Both the position numbers and the translations under genes were made by a program. From Chiloscyllium plagiosum (lineage: Eukaryota): DNA of 64,000 bases. The notes beneath the pieces are model-generated. The model had not been told where the DNA came from. It did no database searches and worked only from the letters and a program-made list of their open reading frames with translations. Each line of letters starts with the position of its first letter. Positions within the stretch are counted from its first letter, which is position 1. Location of the stretch: the NCBI RefSeq assembly GCF_004010195.1, contig NC_057717.1:69770721-69834720 (forward strand), written 5' to 3'. This document shows positions 1 through 13,175 of the stretch, one piece after another.

Positions 1-244
1 TCGACCAACTGCAAGGAAATGGGGTGAGCGTGGATGGACATTTACGACACGGAGGTCGAACCTCGATGTTAATTAAATCAAACATCCACAAAAGCTCGCT
101 TCGTCTCTTAATCTGATGAAACATGAGCGGCAGAGAACTCCTACATTCCAGTATTTCAAGACAAGTAACAATTTAGTTTCCGAACTTATACAGTGCAGAC
201 TAAACAACAACTATTCACAAATCCAAGCCTCCCTTTTCCTCACT

Positions 245-857
245 ACGTGCGGTGAAGAAGGCATATGGCGTACTGGCTTTTATTGGTAGAGGAATTGAGT
301 TCTGGAGTACTGAGGTCATGTTGCAGTTGTATAAGACTCTGGTGCGGCTGCATCTGGAGTATTGTGTGCAGTTTTGGTCGCTATACTATAGGAAGGATGT
401 GGAGGCACTGGAACGGGTGCAGAGGAGGTTTACCAGGATGTTGCCTGGTATGGTAGAAAGATCGTATGAGGAAAGGCTGAGGCACTTGGGGTTGTTTTCA
501 TTGGAGAAAAGAAGGTTTAGGGGTGACTTGATAGAGGTGTATAAGATGATTAGGGGTTTAGATAGGGTCGACAGTGAGAATCTTTTTCCATGTATGGAGT
601 CAGCTATTACAAGGGGCATAGCTTTAAATTAAGGGGGGGTAGGTATAGGACAGATGTTAGGGGTAGGTTCTTTACTCAGCGAGTTGTGAGTTCATGGAAT
701 GCCCTGCCAGTAGCAGTGGTGGACTCTCCCTCATTATGGGCATTTAAGCGGGCATTGGATAGGCATATGGAGGATAGTGGGCTAGTGTAGGTTAGGTGGG
801 CTTGGAACGGCCAAAGGGCCTGTACTGCGCTGTATTCTTCTATATTCTATGTTCTAT
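245..857 (+). mobile_element. CR1-clade (HER1-like) LINE, 5'-truncated 3' end with tail
   Basis: ORFs 252-632 and 590-790 give the CR1 ORF2 C-terminus (LYKTLVRLHLEYCVQFWS, LERVQRRFTRM, FFTQRVVSSWNALP), followed by a (TTCTATG)-like tail. Confidence 0.92.
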
Positions 858-859
858 GG

Positions 860-3790
860 TAAAAGAGGAGGCGGGGGTGTAGCATTGTTGGTCAAGGACA
901 GTATTACAGTCGCAGAAAGGATGTTTGGGGACTTGTCAACTGAAGTAGTATGGGCTGAGGTTAGAAACAGGAAAGGAGAGGTCACCCTGTTGGGACTTTT
1001 GTATAGGCACTCCGAATAGGTTCAGAGATGTAGAGGAAAGGATAACAAAGATGATTCTCGATAGGACTGAGAGAAACTGAGTAGTTGTCATGGGGGACTT
1101 CAACTTTCCAAATATTGACTGGGAACACTATACTACAAGTACTATAGATGGGTCAGTTTTTGCCCAGTGTGTGCAGGAGGGCTTCCTGACACAGTATGTA
1201 GACAGGCCTACAAGGGGCGAAGCCACTTCAGATTTAGTACTGGGTAACGAGCCCGGCCAGGTGTTAGACTTGGAAGTAGGTGAGCACTTTGGTGATAGCG
1301 ATCACAATTCTGTTATGTTTACTTTAGTGATAGAAAGGGATAGGTGTATACGACTGGGCAAGAGTTACAGCTGGGGGAAAGGCAATTACGATGTGATTAG
1401 GCAAGATTTAGGAGGGGGAAAGGCAATTACGATGTGATTAGGCAAGATTTAGGAAGCATAGGATGGGGAAGGAAACTGAAGGGGATGGGCACATTAGAAA
1501 TATGGAGCTTATTCAAGGAAAAGCTCCTGTGTGTCCAAGCTAAGTATGTACCTGTCAGGCAGGGAGGAAGCTGTAGAGCGCGGGAGGCGTGGTTTATGAA
1601 GGAAGTGGAATCTCTGGTCAAGAGGAAGAAGAAGGCTTATGTTAGGATGAGATGTGAAGGCTCGTTTAGGGTGCTTGAAGGTTACAAGGTAGCCAGGAAA
1701 GACCTAAAGAGAGAGCTCAGAATAGCCAGGAGGAGACATGAGAAGTTGTTGGTGAATAGGATCAGGGTAAACCCTAAGGCTTTCTATAGGTATTTAAGGA
1801 ATAATGGAATGATGAGAGTAAGATTTGGGCCAATCAAGGATAGTAGTGGGAAGTTGTGTGTGGAGACAGAGGAGATAGGGGAAGCACTAAATGAATATTT
1901 TTCAACAGTATTCACTCTAGAAAATGACAGTGTTGTCGAGGAGAATACTGAGATACAGGCTACTAGACTAGGTGGGATTGAGGTTCACAAGGAAGAGGTA
2001 TTAGAAATCCTGCAGAGTGTGAAAATAGATAAGTCCCCTGGGCTGGATGGGATTTATCCTAGGATCCTTTGGGAAGCCAGGGAGGAGATTGCCAAGCCTT
2101 TGGCATTGATCTTTAAATTGTCATTGTCTACAGGAATAGTGCCAGAAAAACTGGAGGTTAGCAAATGCCCCCTGTTCAAGAAGGGGAGCAGAGACAACCC
2201 TGGGCGGCACGGTGGCACAGTGGTTAGCACTACTGCCTCACAACACTAGAGACCTGGGTTCAACTCCCGCCTCAGGCGATTGACTGTGTGGAGTTTGCAC
2301 ATTCTCCCCGTGTCTGCGTGGGTTTCCTCCGGGTGCTCCGGTTTCCTCCCACAATCCAAAAAATGTGCAGGTTAGGCGAATTGGCCATGCTAAGTTGCCC
2401 GTAGTGTTAGGTGAAGGGATAAATGTTGGGGAATGGGTCTGGGTGGGTTACGCTTCGGCGGGTCGGTGTGGACTTGTTGGGCCGAAGGGCCTGTTTCCAC
2501 ACTGTAAGTAATCTAATCTAATCTAATCTAACCCTGGTAATTATAGACCAGTGAGCCTTACTTCAGTTGTCGGTAAAGTGTTGGAAAAGGTTATAAGAGA
2601 TAGGATTTATAATCATCTAGAAAAGAATAATTTGATTCGGAATAGTCAGCACAGTTTTATGAAGGGTAGGTTGTGCCTCACAAACCTTATTGAGTTCTTT
2701 GAGAATGTGACCAAACAGGTAGATGAGAGTAAACCGGTTAATGTGGTGTATATGGATTTCAGCAAGGCGTTCCATAAGGTTCCCCACAGTAGGCTATTGT
2801 ACAAAATGTGGAGACATGGGATTGTGGGACATATAGCAGTTTGGATCAGTAACTGGCTTGCTGAAAGAAGACAGAGGGTGGTGGTTGATGGGAAATGTTC
2901 AAGCTGGAGTCCAGTTACTAGTGGTGTACCATAAGGGTTGGTGTTGGGTCCACTGCTGTTCATCATTTTTATAAACGACCTGGATGATGGCGTAGAAGGG
3001 TGGGTTCGTAAATTTGCAGATGACACTAAGGTCGGTGGAGTTGTAACTGCAATGCAAAGTACTAGGCTAATGGTAAGATTCTTGATAGTGTAGATGAGCA
3101 GAGAGATCTCTGTGTCCATGTACACAGATCCTTGAAAGTTGCCACCCAGGTTGACAGGGTTGTTAAGAAGCCATACAGTGTTTTAGCTTTCATTAATAGA
3201 GGGATCGAGTTCCGGAACCATGAGGTTATGCTGCAGCTGTACAAAACACTGGTGTGGCCGCAATTGGAGTACTGTGTACAGTTCTGGTCACCGCATTATA
3301 AGAAGGATGTGGAAGTTTTGGAAAGGGTGCAGGAGAGATTTACTAGGATGTTGCCTGGTATGCAGGGAAGGTCTTATAAGGAAAGGCTGAGAGAATTGAG
3401 GCTGTTTTCGTTAGAGAGAAGAAGGTTGAGAGGTGACTTAATAGACACATATAAGATAATCAGAGGGTTAGATAGGGTGGACAGGGAGAGCCTTTTTCCA
3501 AGTATGGTGACGGCGAGCATGAGGGGGCATAGTTTTAAATTGAGGGGTGATAGATATAGGACAGATGTCAGAGTTAGTTTCTTTACTCAGAGAGTAATAA
3601 GGGTATGGAATGCTTTGTCTGAAACGGTAGTAGATTCGCCAACTTTAAGTGCATTTAAGTTGTCATTGGACAAGCATATGGACATACATGGAATAGTGTA
3701 GGTGGGATGGGCTTCAGATTGGTATGACAGGGCGGTGCAACATCGAGGGCCGAAAGGCCTGTACTGTGCTGTAATGTTCCATGTTCTGTG
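860..3790 (+). mobile_element. CR1-clade LINE ORF2 (APE endonuclease C-terminal half, RT, 3' tail), frameshifted and interrupted by a SINE
   Basis: Motifs GGGVALLVK, MGDFNFPNIDW, GDSDHN, KSPGLDGIYPRIL, YMDFSKAFHKV, SGVP, KFADDTK and LEYCVQFWSP. A 41-bp tandem duplication at 1373-1454 shifts the frame, and there is an internal deletion near 3044. Confidence 0.93.
2204..2529 (+). mobile_element. HE1-type tRNA-derived SINE (V-SINE), apparently full length
   Basis: A-box-like TGGCACAGTGG, B-box-like GGTTCAACTCC, central GTGTCTGCGTGGGTTTCCTCCGGGTGCTCCGG domain, (AATCT)n tail, and an 8-bp TSD AACCCTGG at 2196-2203 and 2530-2537. Confidence 0.9.
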
Positions 3791-4069
3791 TTCTTTCTGT
3801 TACCAAATCAGAGTCTTGTCACACTCTGTCTCTCTCTTGGGTGTTCAGTGTTTGTCAATGTGACACTCTGTATTCCCTATTCAGTGTGCAGTCATATTTT
3901 GTCAATCTTCCCAGTTCAGAGTGTTGACTCTCTCTTTTACCCAAGTTCAGTTTGTTGATACTCTGTTCCGCTCTATTCCTGGTTCACTGTATTTACAATC
4001 TATTCATGGTTCTCAGTGTTGTCATTTTGTCTCTCACTATTTCTGGTTCATCACAGTTTCTTTTTGTCT

Positions 4070-4935
4070 CATACTTTTCTCAGTTCAGTGTGTTGTTTCT
4101 CTATCTGTACTCACAGTTCATGTTTTTTTCTTTATCTGTACTTGTAGTTCAGAGTGTTGTTTCTCTATCTGCACGCACAGTTCAATGTGTTGTTTCTCTA
4201 TCTGAACTCTCAATTCAGTGTGTTGTTTCTCAATCGGTACTCAGATCAGTGTGCTCTTTCTCTATCTGTACACTCAGTTCAGAATGTTGTTACACTATCT
4301 GTACTCAGTTCAGTGTGTTATTTCTTTATCTGTATTCGCAGTTCAATGTTTTGTTTCTCTATCTGCACTCTCAGTTCAGTGTATTGTTTCTCTGACTGTA
4401 TTCTCAGTACAGTGCTTTTTTTCTCTATCTGTCCTCAGTTCAATGTGTTGGTTCTATATCTGTACTCTCAGTTCAGTGAGTTGTTTCTATATCTGTACTC
4501 TCAGTTCATTGTGTTGTTTCCCTATCTGTACTCTCCAAGCAGTGTGTTGCTTGTCCAACTGTATCGCAGTTCAGTGTTTTGTTCCTCTGCCTGTACTCGC
4601 AGTTCAGTGTATTGTTTCTCTATCTGTACTCTCAGAACAGCGGGATGTTTTTCGATCTGTACTCACAATTCAATGTCTTGATTGTCTATCTGTACTTGCA
4701 GTTCAATATGTTGCTTCTCTATCTGTACTCTCACTTCAGTGTGCTGTTTCTCTGTCTGTACTCGCAGTTCAGTGTTTTGTTTCTCTGTCTGTACTTGCAG
4801 TTCAGTGTTTTGTTTCTCGATCTGTACTCACAGGTCAGTGTATTGTTTCTCGGTCTGTACTCGCAATTCAGTGTGTTGTTTCTCTATCTTGCACTCAGTT
4901 CAGTGTGTTGTTTCTCTATCTGTACTCGCAGTTCA
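4070..4935. repeat. About 33-bp minisatellite (CTCTATCTGTACTCTCAGTTCAGTGTGTTGTTT)n, more decayed towards 3900
   Basis: Tandem units are directly visible and produce repetitive 11-aa ORFs in all three + frames. Confidence 0.93.
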
Positions 4936-4949
4936 CTCTCTGCCTGCCA

Positions 4950-5000
4950 CTCTCTCTCTCTCTCTCTTTCTACTTGCCTAATCTCTCTCTTTCTCTCTCT
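4950..5000. repeat. (CT)n-rich microsatellite
   Basis: Seen directly in the sequence. Confidence 0.85.
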
Positions 5001-5050
5001 ATATGTATGATTTGGAGATGCTAGTGTTGGACTGATGTGTACAAAGTTAA

Positions 5051-5550
5051 NNNNNNNNNNNNNNNNNNNNNNNNNNNNNNNNNNNNNNNNNNNNNNNNNN
5101 NNNNNNNNNNNNNNNNNNNNNNNNNNNNNNNNNNNNNNNNNNNNNNNNNNNNNNNNNNNNNNNNNNNNNNNNNNNNNNNNNNNNNNNNNNNNNNNNNNNN
5201 NNNNNNNNNNNNNNNNNNNNNNNNNNNNNNNNNNNNNNNNNNNNNNNNNNNNNNNNNNNNNNNNNNNNNNNNNNNNNNNNNNNNNNNNNNNNNNNNNNNN
5301 NNNNNNNNNNNNNNNNNNNNNNNNNNNNNNNNNNNNNNNNNNNNNNNNNNNNNNNNNNNNNNNNNNNNNNNNNNNNNNNNNNNNNNNNNNNNNNNNNNNN
5401 NNNNNNNNNNNNNNNNNNNNNNNNNNNNNNNNNNNNNNNNNNNNNNNNNNNNNNNNNNNNNNNNNNNNNNNNNNNNNNNNNNNNNNNNNNNNNNNNNNNN
5501 NNNNNNNNNNNNNNNNNNNNNNNNNNNNNNNNNNNNNNNNNNNNNNNNNN
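5051..5550. other. Assembly gap (500 N)
   Basis: N run. Confidence 1.
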
Positions 5551-5559
5551 AGCATCAAC

Positions 5560-6925
5560 ATCGTTCTCTATCTGTATAATCATCTCCAGCCACAATCTCT
5601 TACTCAAACGTTCTACACTTTTCTAGCCCCAGTACCAGGCACTTCTCTTTTGCCTCCTGTGCACATACATTACAACTATACCCATAAACTCCTCCAGTAC
5701 CTACACCCGCCTCTATATCTGTAATCTTCTGCCAGTAGCTACACCCGCCCCTTTATCTGTAATCTCCTCCTTGGCTACACACCTCTTTTTCTCTATAACT
5801 TCCAGCTTGTCCAGCTCTGACTATTTCTGCAAAACCCTCCAAGCCCTGCACTACCCTTTCATATCTCTGTAGGATTCTCTATTCCCACATCACCTCCTTA
5901 TCTGTGTAACCACCTGTAGTCCCTGTGTCTCTCCTTATGTCTGTAGCCTCCTCCACCTCGTATACTCCTCCCAATCTCTGCAATGTCCTCCATGCCCAGA
6001 CACCTACCAATCTCTGTAATCTCCTCCAGCCACTGAACCCTTCGGATTTCTGTCCCCTCCTTCTGGCCCTACACACATCCCTATCTCTGTAACATTCTCC
6101 TACACATACAACCCTCCCATCTATGTAACATTCTCAAACCCCGACACACCTTTCTACCTCTATAACATCCCCGAGCCCCGACACACTTCCATGTGTCTAC
6201 AATCTCCTCCAGCCCCTACACGCTTCGTTATCTCTGTAACCTTCTCCTCACCCTACACACATCTCTATCTCTGTAAATTCCTCCAGCCTCTGCAACTCTC
6301 CCTAACTCAGTAACCCCTTCCTGGCCCTACACACATCTATTTCTCTGTAACCTCCATCAGCCCCGATACACATCCCTATCTGTGTAATATTCTCTAACCC
6401 CTAACCCCTTCCTAACTTTGTCACTCCTGCCGCACCTACACCCCCTATCTCTATAACCTCCTCCAGCCCCTACACCCTTGCGTACATATATAACTTCCTC
6501 CAGGCCTTACACACCTTCTTATCACTGTAACTCCTGCAGCCGTTGCTCTGCTCCCTACCTCCGTAACATATTCGAATCCTCCATTTCTACAAATCACTGT
6601 AATCACCTCTAGCATCTTCACCCATTCCTGTTGCTGTGAATTCATCCAGTATGATCACCACTCCACATCATAGGAACCACTCTAACTGTTACATCCCTTC
6701 CTATCGCTATAAAATCCTCAAGGTCCTCTCGATCTATGTAAATTCTTCCAGCCCCGACAGCCTTCTCTAAATTTGTAAAGTCTTTCAGCCCACACTCCCG
6801 GTACTATCTGGTTAATCTCCAATTTCTATTGCAACTTCCTCATATCTGTAACATCCTCCTACACCTGTACTTCCCGATCACTGGAACCGCCTACAGCCCT
6901 ACACTCCCCCATATCTCTGTGAACC
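5560..6925 (+). repeat. Decayed minisatellite of about 37-38 bp (CCTCCCTATCTCTGTAACCTCCTCCAGCCCCTACAC-like)
   Basis: Recurrent TATCTCTGTAA...CTCCAGCCCCTACAC units. Confidence 0.85.
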
Positions 6926-7269
6926 TTTCACTGCATTCATTGAGAGTGCATCCACAATCCTTGGTTTGGTCAATACAAAATACTCAAATACTCTTTGAAT
7001 GACGTATTTTCACATCATGTCAGTCTCAAATGAGTTCTCCCTTATCATGAGATTCTGTCATCGGGTTTTCGCCTCCCAGATTCACAGAAATTATTTCTCA
7101 GCATCTGCCCTATCCATCCCTGCCATTCATAATCTTTTACATTTCAATCAAATTACTTCTCCGATTCATGAAACTCAAGGGTATACGTGAAATTTATTCA
7201 CGACCTCATCAAAGGGAAACCGAGGTAACAAACAGTGAAATGTTAGTTTATCTTTCATTGATATAAATC

Positions 7270-7700
7270 AGACATTGATGGTTGGGCCATCTTTTATTGC
7301 TTATTCACAGTGGTTCAGGACAAGGTGACAGTATGCTGTCCGTGCAGTCAGTTTGGTGCACGGACATTCACAATAATGTTAGGGCATGAAAAGCGGGATT
7401 TTCATCAAGTGACACCCGTGGAACAGAGATATATTTCCCAGTCAGGATCGTCATTCAGTTATCTGTAACTTGCAGGAGTGGTGTTCCCATTTATCTATTG
7501 CCCTTGCCATTCCAGATGTTCATGGCTTGGGAAGTACTGTGGAATAAACTATGGTAAATTATTGCAATGCATCGTGTTACTGGTACACACTGATTCTACT
7601 AAGTATTGATGGTGGAGGCAGTGAATATTGGGGATGGGTTGGCAACCAAGCTGCACTGGAAATGTACCCTTCATTATGAATGGAGAGCATAACTGATCCA
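7270..7700 (-). mobile_element. Old non-LTR retrotransposon (CR1/L2 group) 3' fragment
   Basis: Resembles a recalled shark LINE 3' region (GATATATTTCC-AGTCAGGAT, AACTTGCAGG-GTGGTGTTCCCAT, TGGTACACACTG). Confidence 0.55.
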
Positions 7701-8351
7701 GGTATGGTCTTAGATTCTTTTTGACAATACAACTTTATTTTGTTACAATAATTGCCTGCGTGTAATTTAATGAAATCATTATCTGTTGAAATTAGGTTGT
7801 AATTGCCTACATGGTCACCCGTGCCTTTGCAATGTGGAACACAAGGTTACTGAGCCCCTTGAACCTGTTCTACAATTTAAAGAGTTTGTGACTGATTTGT
7901 TACGTAACTCCATATATCTGCCTTTGGCCCATATCCGTGACTATCTTTGTTTAGAAAAAAATCTATCTCTGATATTGAGGCATTAACAAAGAACTAAACA
8001 ATACCAACTAAAACAGAAGAAATGATTGATGTAAAGTTGATAACTCAAACTTCCTCCACTCAAAGTTAACCAGAGAAGACCGCCCAGTGGCAATTTGAAA
8101 TATTAGGCGTTGTACTTAATTCATTGTTTTAGTTTAGTTACCTTTACTTACTCAGTGTAGACGGTTATACAACGAAGACAGTTATACAGCTTTTGGTCTG
8201 GGGTTAGCCATGGGCACACGTATGGGCCCCAGCAATGCCTGTCTCTTTGTTGGCTACGTAGAGCAGTTGATCTTCCGTAATTACACCGGCACCACTCCCC
8301 ACCTCTTCCTCCGCTACATTGATGACTGCATTGGCGCCACCCCGTGCTCCC

Positions 8352-9252
8352 NNNNNNNNNNNNNNNNNNNNNNNNNNNNNNNNNNNNNNNNNNNNNNNNN
8401 NNNNNNNNNNNNNNNNNNNNNNNNNNNNNNNNNNNNNNNNNNNNNNNNNNNNNNNNNNNNNNNNNNNNNNNNNNNNNNNNNNNNNNNNNNNNNNNNNNNN
8501 NNNNNNNNNNNNNNNNNNNNNNNNNNNNNNNNNNNNNNNNNNNNNNNNNNNNNNNNNNNNNNNNNNNNNNNNNNNNNNNNNNNNNNNNNNNNNNNNNNNN
8601 NNNNNNNNNNNNNNNNNNNNNNNNNNNNNNNNNNNNNNNNNNNNNNNNNNNNNNNNNNNNNNNNNNNNNNNNNNNNNNNNNNNNNNNNNNNNNNNNNNNN
8701 NNNNNNNNNNNNNNNNNNNNNNNNNNNNNNNNNNNNNNNNNNNNNNNNNNNNNNNNNNNNNNNNNNNNNNNNNNNNNNNNNNNNNNNNNNNNNNNNNNNN
8801 NNNNNNNNNNNNNNNNNNNNNNNNNNNNNNNNNNNNNNNNNNNNNNNNNNNNNNNNNNNNNNNNNNNNNNNNNNNNNNNNNNNNNNNNNNNNNNNNNNNN
8901 NNNNNNNNNNNNNNNNNNNNNNNNNNNNNNNNNNNNNNNNNNNNNNNNNNNNNNNNNNNNNNNNNNNNNNNNNNNNNNNNNNNNNNNNNNNNNNNNNNNN
9001 NNNNNNNNNNNNNNNNNNNNNNNNNNNNNNNNNNNNNNNNNNNNNNNNNNNNNNNNNNNNNNNNNNNNNNNNNNNNNNNNNNNNNNNNNNNNNNNNNNNN
9101 NNNNNNNNNNNNNNNNNNNNNNNNNNNNNNNNNNNNNNNNNNNNNNNNNNNNNNNNNNNNNNNNNNNNNNNNNNNNNNNNNNNNNNNNNNNNNNNNNNNN
9201 NNNNNNNNNNNNNNNNNNNNNNNNNNNNNNNNNNNNNNNNNNNNNNNNNNNN
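8352..9252. other. Assembly gap (901 N)
   Basis: N run. Confidence 1.
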
Positions 9253-9337
9253 ACCTATTGTACTCTATGCTACTCTATCCCCACCCCCACCCTCCTCTAG
9301 CTTATCTCTCCACGCTTCAGGCTCTCTGCCTTTATTC

Positions 9338-9366
9338 CTGATGAAGGGCTTTTTGCCCGAAACGTC
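9338..9366 (+). ncRNA. Minimal type I hammerhead ribozyme motif in a PLE terminus
   Basis: CTGATGA-a-GGGC-TTTTT-GCCC-GAAA-CGTC: conserved core boxes, 4-bp stem II and palindromic ACGT in place of stem III. Confidence 0.7.
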
Positions 9367-11029
9367 GATTTTGCCTGTCCTCGGATGCTACCTGAATTGC
9401 TGTTCTCTTCCAGCACCACTGATCCAGAATCTGGTTTCCAGCATCTGCAGTCATTGTTTTTACCTCGCACCTCCTCTATGTCCAGAGGCAAAATAATAAA
9501 AAGTCAAACCTGTAATATCCGCCTTCATCTCCAACGTCAGTCAAAAATATACCTTATCCAGATCTTAGGATTTATTTATTCTACCAAAACTACCAATTTT
9601 TCCTCACCTTCTGTATCGATTTGCTTAAGGGTTACACTGTCAGTCTCACTGAAAATTGTAACTGCTTCTTCAAGCCGACATGTGGTGCGTGTTTAATATA
9701 TTGTCTGGCTACATGCACAGGTTACGTCTTTGATTCTCAATTATCCAATTCTTTTCATTTTATCCTCTTACCCTTGAAAACCGTAGGATTTCTTGTGAAT
9801 CTTGCTAATCTAACCTGCCAATGTTAAATCATGCCTACCTTTTTGCACATCTGCTTTCTTCTTAAGTTCAGACCTGCCCGTTCTATACTCTTCTCGCATC
9901 TCCATTGATCTTTTCACGTTCTACCTTCTTTAAGCTTCTCCTTCCTTTTTTTTATTCCATTCTCAATATTTCTAGACATTCAATGTTCTCTGGACTTGTT
10001 TTCCTAAATTTGATCTTAGATGTAACATCTTGAGCCCATACTCACATCGATTCCATATTGAGCATATGCTCCCCCCAACACCCCCCGCCCCCGGCCCCCA
10101 CCCTAAAACAGTATTCTGCTACAACGTTACCCAGAGGTAATTGTTCATAAACATCTTTGGCCAGATTTTGTCTAACAGAATCTGCCTCCCAATTGCAAAA
10201 AAAACCGTTTTCTTTTACAGATCCTCTTTAACTTTTGTCTTTTCTTTAACAGATTTAAAATATATGATGTAATGGGTAGTGCTCCGGAAAGTTTCTCCTA
10301 AGAATGTCTATAATACCTGACTGGCATCATTTTCCAAAATACGGCCCAGCTTTGCAACGTCCCTTGTAGTATCTTCGAGATATTGAAATAAAACACTAGA
10401 TGAAATAAATTTCAAGACATGTCCCTCCCTGTTCACAAAATATTCTTTCTCCAATAATGTTGGGAATTGAAATCGCTGAGTAGAATTACACTACTATTAT
10501 TTTTTACACACCTCAGTGAATTGGTGAGACGTATTCTTCTCTATTTTAACTGGCAGTCCAGAATATATGCCCAACAGTGCGCATGCCGTCGTTTTGTTCC
10601 TCAGCTCTATGCACAAATCCCTTCAAGACCGCTCTAATGTATTGTCCCTCCTTATGCAGTAATGATTTATTATACAACAACACACCGACACATCTTTTCA
10701 GCCCTGCACCGTCCTGCCTATGGTTACTATACCACAGAATATAGCATTGCTCGTCCTGGCCTCTCTCAATCTCGCCTCTATGGTAAGATTTATTCATTCC
10801 ACATGTGACTACAGTCCCTTATCACATCTATCTAACGTTTGATATTTGAATCATTTAGGTAAATACAATCTAGCCAGTAATATAACACTCAAACACTCTG
10901 TACCTCGGAGTTTGGCAGTCAATCACTGTTTGTTGTTATGCTGTCCCAAATGAACAAAAAAGTAATTTGGGGATTGAAAAAGTTGGTATTCATTCAATCA
11001 TTATTTACTTTATAAAAAACGTCATTAAA

Positions 11030-11349
11030 TTAGAAACGCTACAGTGTAGAAACAAACCGTTTCACCCATCAAATCCACAATGACCCTCCAAGGAGTAACC
11101 CACCCAGACACATTTCCTGACATTTACCCCTGACTAATGCACATTTCACAATAGGCAATTTATCATGGTGACTTCACCTAACATGCACGTCGTTAGATTG
11201 TGGGAGGAAACCGGTGCACCAAGATAAAAACCAATGAAGATATGGGGTGAATGTGTAAACTCCACACAGACGGTCGCCCGAGGCAGGAACCAAACTCGGT
11301 TCCGTGACAGGTTGAGGCAGCAGTGTTAATCACTGACCTACCGTGCCCC
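11030..11349 (-). mobile_element. HE1-type SINE, diverged
   Basis: Reverse-complement similarity to 2204-2529 (TGTGGGAGGAAACCGG, AAACTCCACACAGAC). Confidence 0.85.
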
Positions 11350-11779
11350 GACCAACATCAAATGCACCTTCACCTGTTGATTAATTCAGGACTCAGTGTG
11401 CACAGGGGACAGTCCTCAGTAATGGGCAGCATTGTTTGTCTCTCTCCACAAATGCACTTGTTCCAAGCAATGCTGCTGAACAGTGCAAGTGGCCCAGTTT
11501 ATGCTGACCCTTTGTGAGCAATAATCACTTTCATCCTGATAATTCAAACCTGCCTCTCACCAGATGGAAGTTCTCAGAAGAAAATTGTTTGTTCCTTCCC
11601 ATATTTTCCATTCCATAATCCAAAGAATGCTGAGAACCGTATTTCCTCATGAAGACAGACCATATGTAACCCTGAAATGGAAAGCAGTCTGTCAGTGCCT
11701 TGAACAAGGCATTAGAGAGTGGAAAAGTTGAGATGAAACACATACTGTGTCAACCAGTTTGTGGATTCTCATCAATTGG

Positions 11780-12290
11780 TGAATGCGTGAGGAAGTGAAA
11801 TGTATGAGGTCAGGAAGTTGGCGAGGGGCTTTAGGCCAAGACTTCCAGTTTTGGTGCACATTGTTACAGTACAGTGGATGCGTGGTGACCTACACCAGAC
11901 AGAATCCAATTCGTTCAGTTATTAAAGTAATTGTTGGCTTGCTGCTGCCGCTGCTGCTTTCTTCACGTGTATTCTGCAGGACTGATCTCCATTTAAATCC
12001 ACACAAAAGCATGCTGGGCGACCCAAATATTAATCTCGGACCATAAACGAAAATGTTTAATTTTATTTTGCTCCTGGTGAATAAGAAAGTAGCATATATT
12101 GATATGATTTTAAATGGTTCACTGTGAGACACCATTTGTGGCAGGAGACTTGCAAATTCTTAACGTCTTCATCCAGGGCCTGGTCCAGGGTGCAAATGGT
12201 TGGAGTCTGGAAATCAGGCATGATGTCATCAAAATAAGTAACTTGTGCGTTGTGATCCTGGCAATCAGAAATACATTCTATTCACTCACC
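11780..12290 (-). mobile_element. Degenerate Vingi/Ingi-like non-LTR RT C-terminal fragment
   Basis: Manual minus-strand translation across frameshifts gives YFDDIMPDFQ..LDQALDEDVKNLQVSCHKWCLTVNHLKS, CVDLNGDQSCRIHVKKAAA and GLKPLANFLTSYISLPH. These resemble the recalled Vingi motifs YADD..LNEDL..W.L.PN, LGVTLDR and GCLKPTP. Confidence 0.5.
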
Positions 12291-13175
12291 TGCTTTCAGG
12301 ACATTTGGAATCCACTTTCAGTGTTTATTTTGCAATTGCAAAGTTTCCTGATCTGGGAAATAACGCTTACTTTGTTTCGTGAAGTGAGCAATAGTAAGAT
12401 GTGAATTATAAGTAGTCAACAGAACATTAAGTGTTTTATCTCTGAAAACAATCATGTCGTTACGATATCTCTGAATCTAAAATGTAAAATCATGTCAACA
12501 CTTTATGGTACAAAAAAAAGGAAGTGTATTTATACCAAACAAAGAACATGTTGTGTAACGATTGTGCTGATCACAATTACATATTCAATGTCTGTATTAA
12601 AATGAATGCATTGTCGCTCTGATGTTTCGGAAGCGTTTGGCCTCTGAACGATTACATACTCACAGTGAGCAAACAATTGAGCATTCTAATAGAGATTTCA
12701 TTCTTTTAAATAAAATTAATTCATTTAATTTCTCAATGAAATGTTTGAGCTTCAGCTATTTGCCAACCAGTTAAATGTGACAATAATTCAGAATAACTTT
12801 AAATATTAACCTAAATGGATGTTTTGCGATATTGAATTGGAGTGAACAATAATTTGCAAGCATACAATGTTTAGAATAAATTATATTTACCGTGCAATGT
12901 GATAAGTGAAAAAATGAAAAGCATGCATTCATTTGAATGAAAAGTCAAACCTTTTCATTGAGCTTTGTGGCAAAAACAATCAACTGTTTGTTTTGGCCAT
13001 TGGGAGCAACAAATAGATTTCATAATGAACTAACTTTGCACTGCATACACTTTAAATGATTACGGTTCATCAAATATAGAGACATAGAGTCGTAGAAATG
13101 TACAGCATGGAAACAGATCCCTTGGTCCAACTCTTTTATGCCGACGAGATATCTCAAATTAATCTAGTCCCGTTT

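Larger units (their letters stand above)
8205..9465 (+). mobile_element. Penelope-like element (RT fragment plus 3' terminus) spanning a gap
   Basis: PLE RT motifs AMGTRMGPSNACLFVGYVEQ and FLRYIDD before the gap, and a terminus with a hammerhead motif after it. Confidence 0.88.

Noticed and set aside
4070-4935. Regularly spaced repeats of about 33 bp, superficially CRISPR-like (also 60611-61020)
   Set aside because: The units abut with no unique spacers, there are no cas genes, and the context is eukaryotic.
3921-5024. Long Cys/Ser/Leu-rich ORFs up to 268 aa
   Set aside because: They are products of a stop-poor 33-bp tandem repeat that is open in all three frames.
4884-9496. ORFs containing long X runs
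   Set aside because: They are artefacts of translating through N gaps (also 18003-18386).
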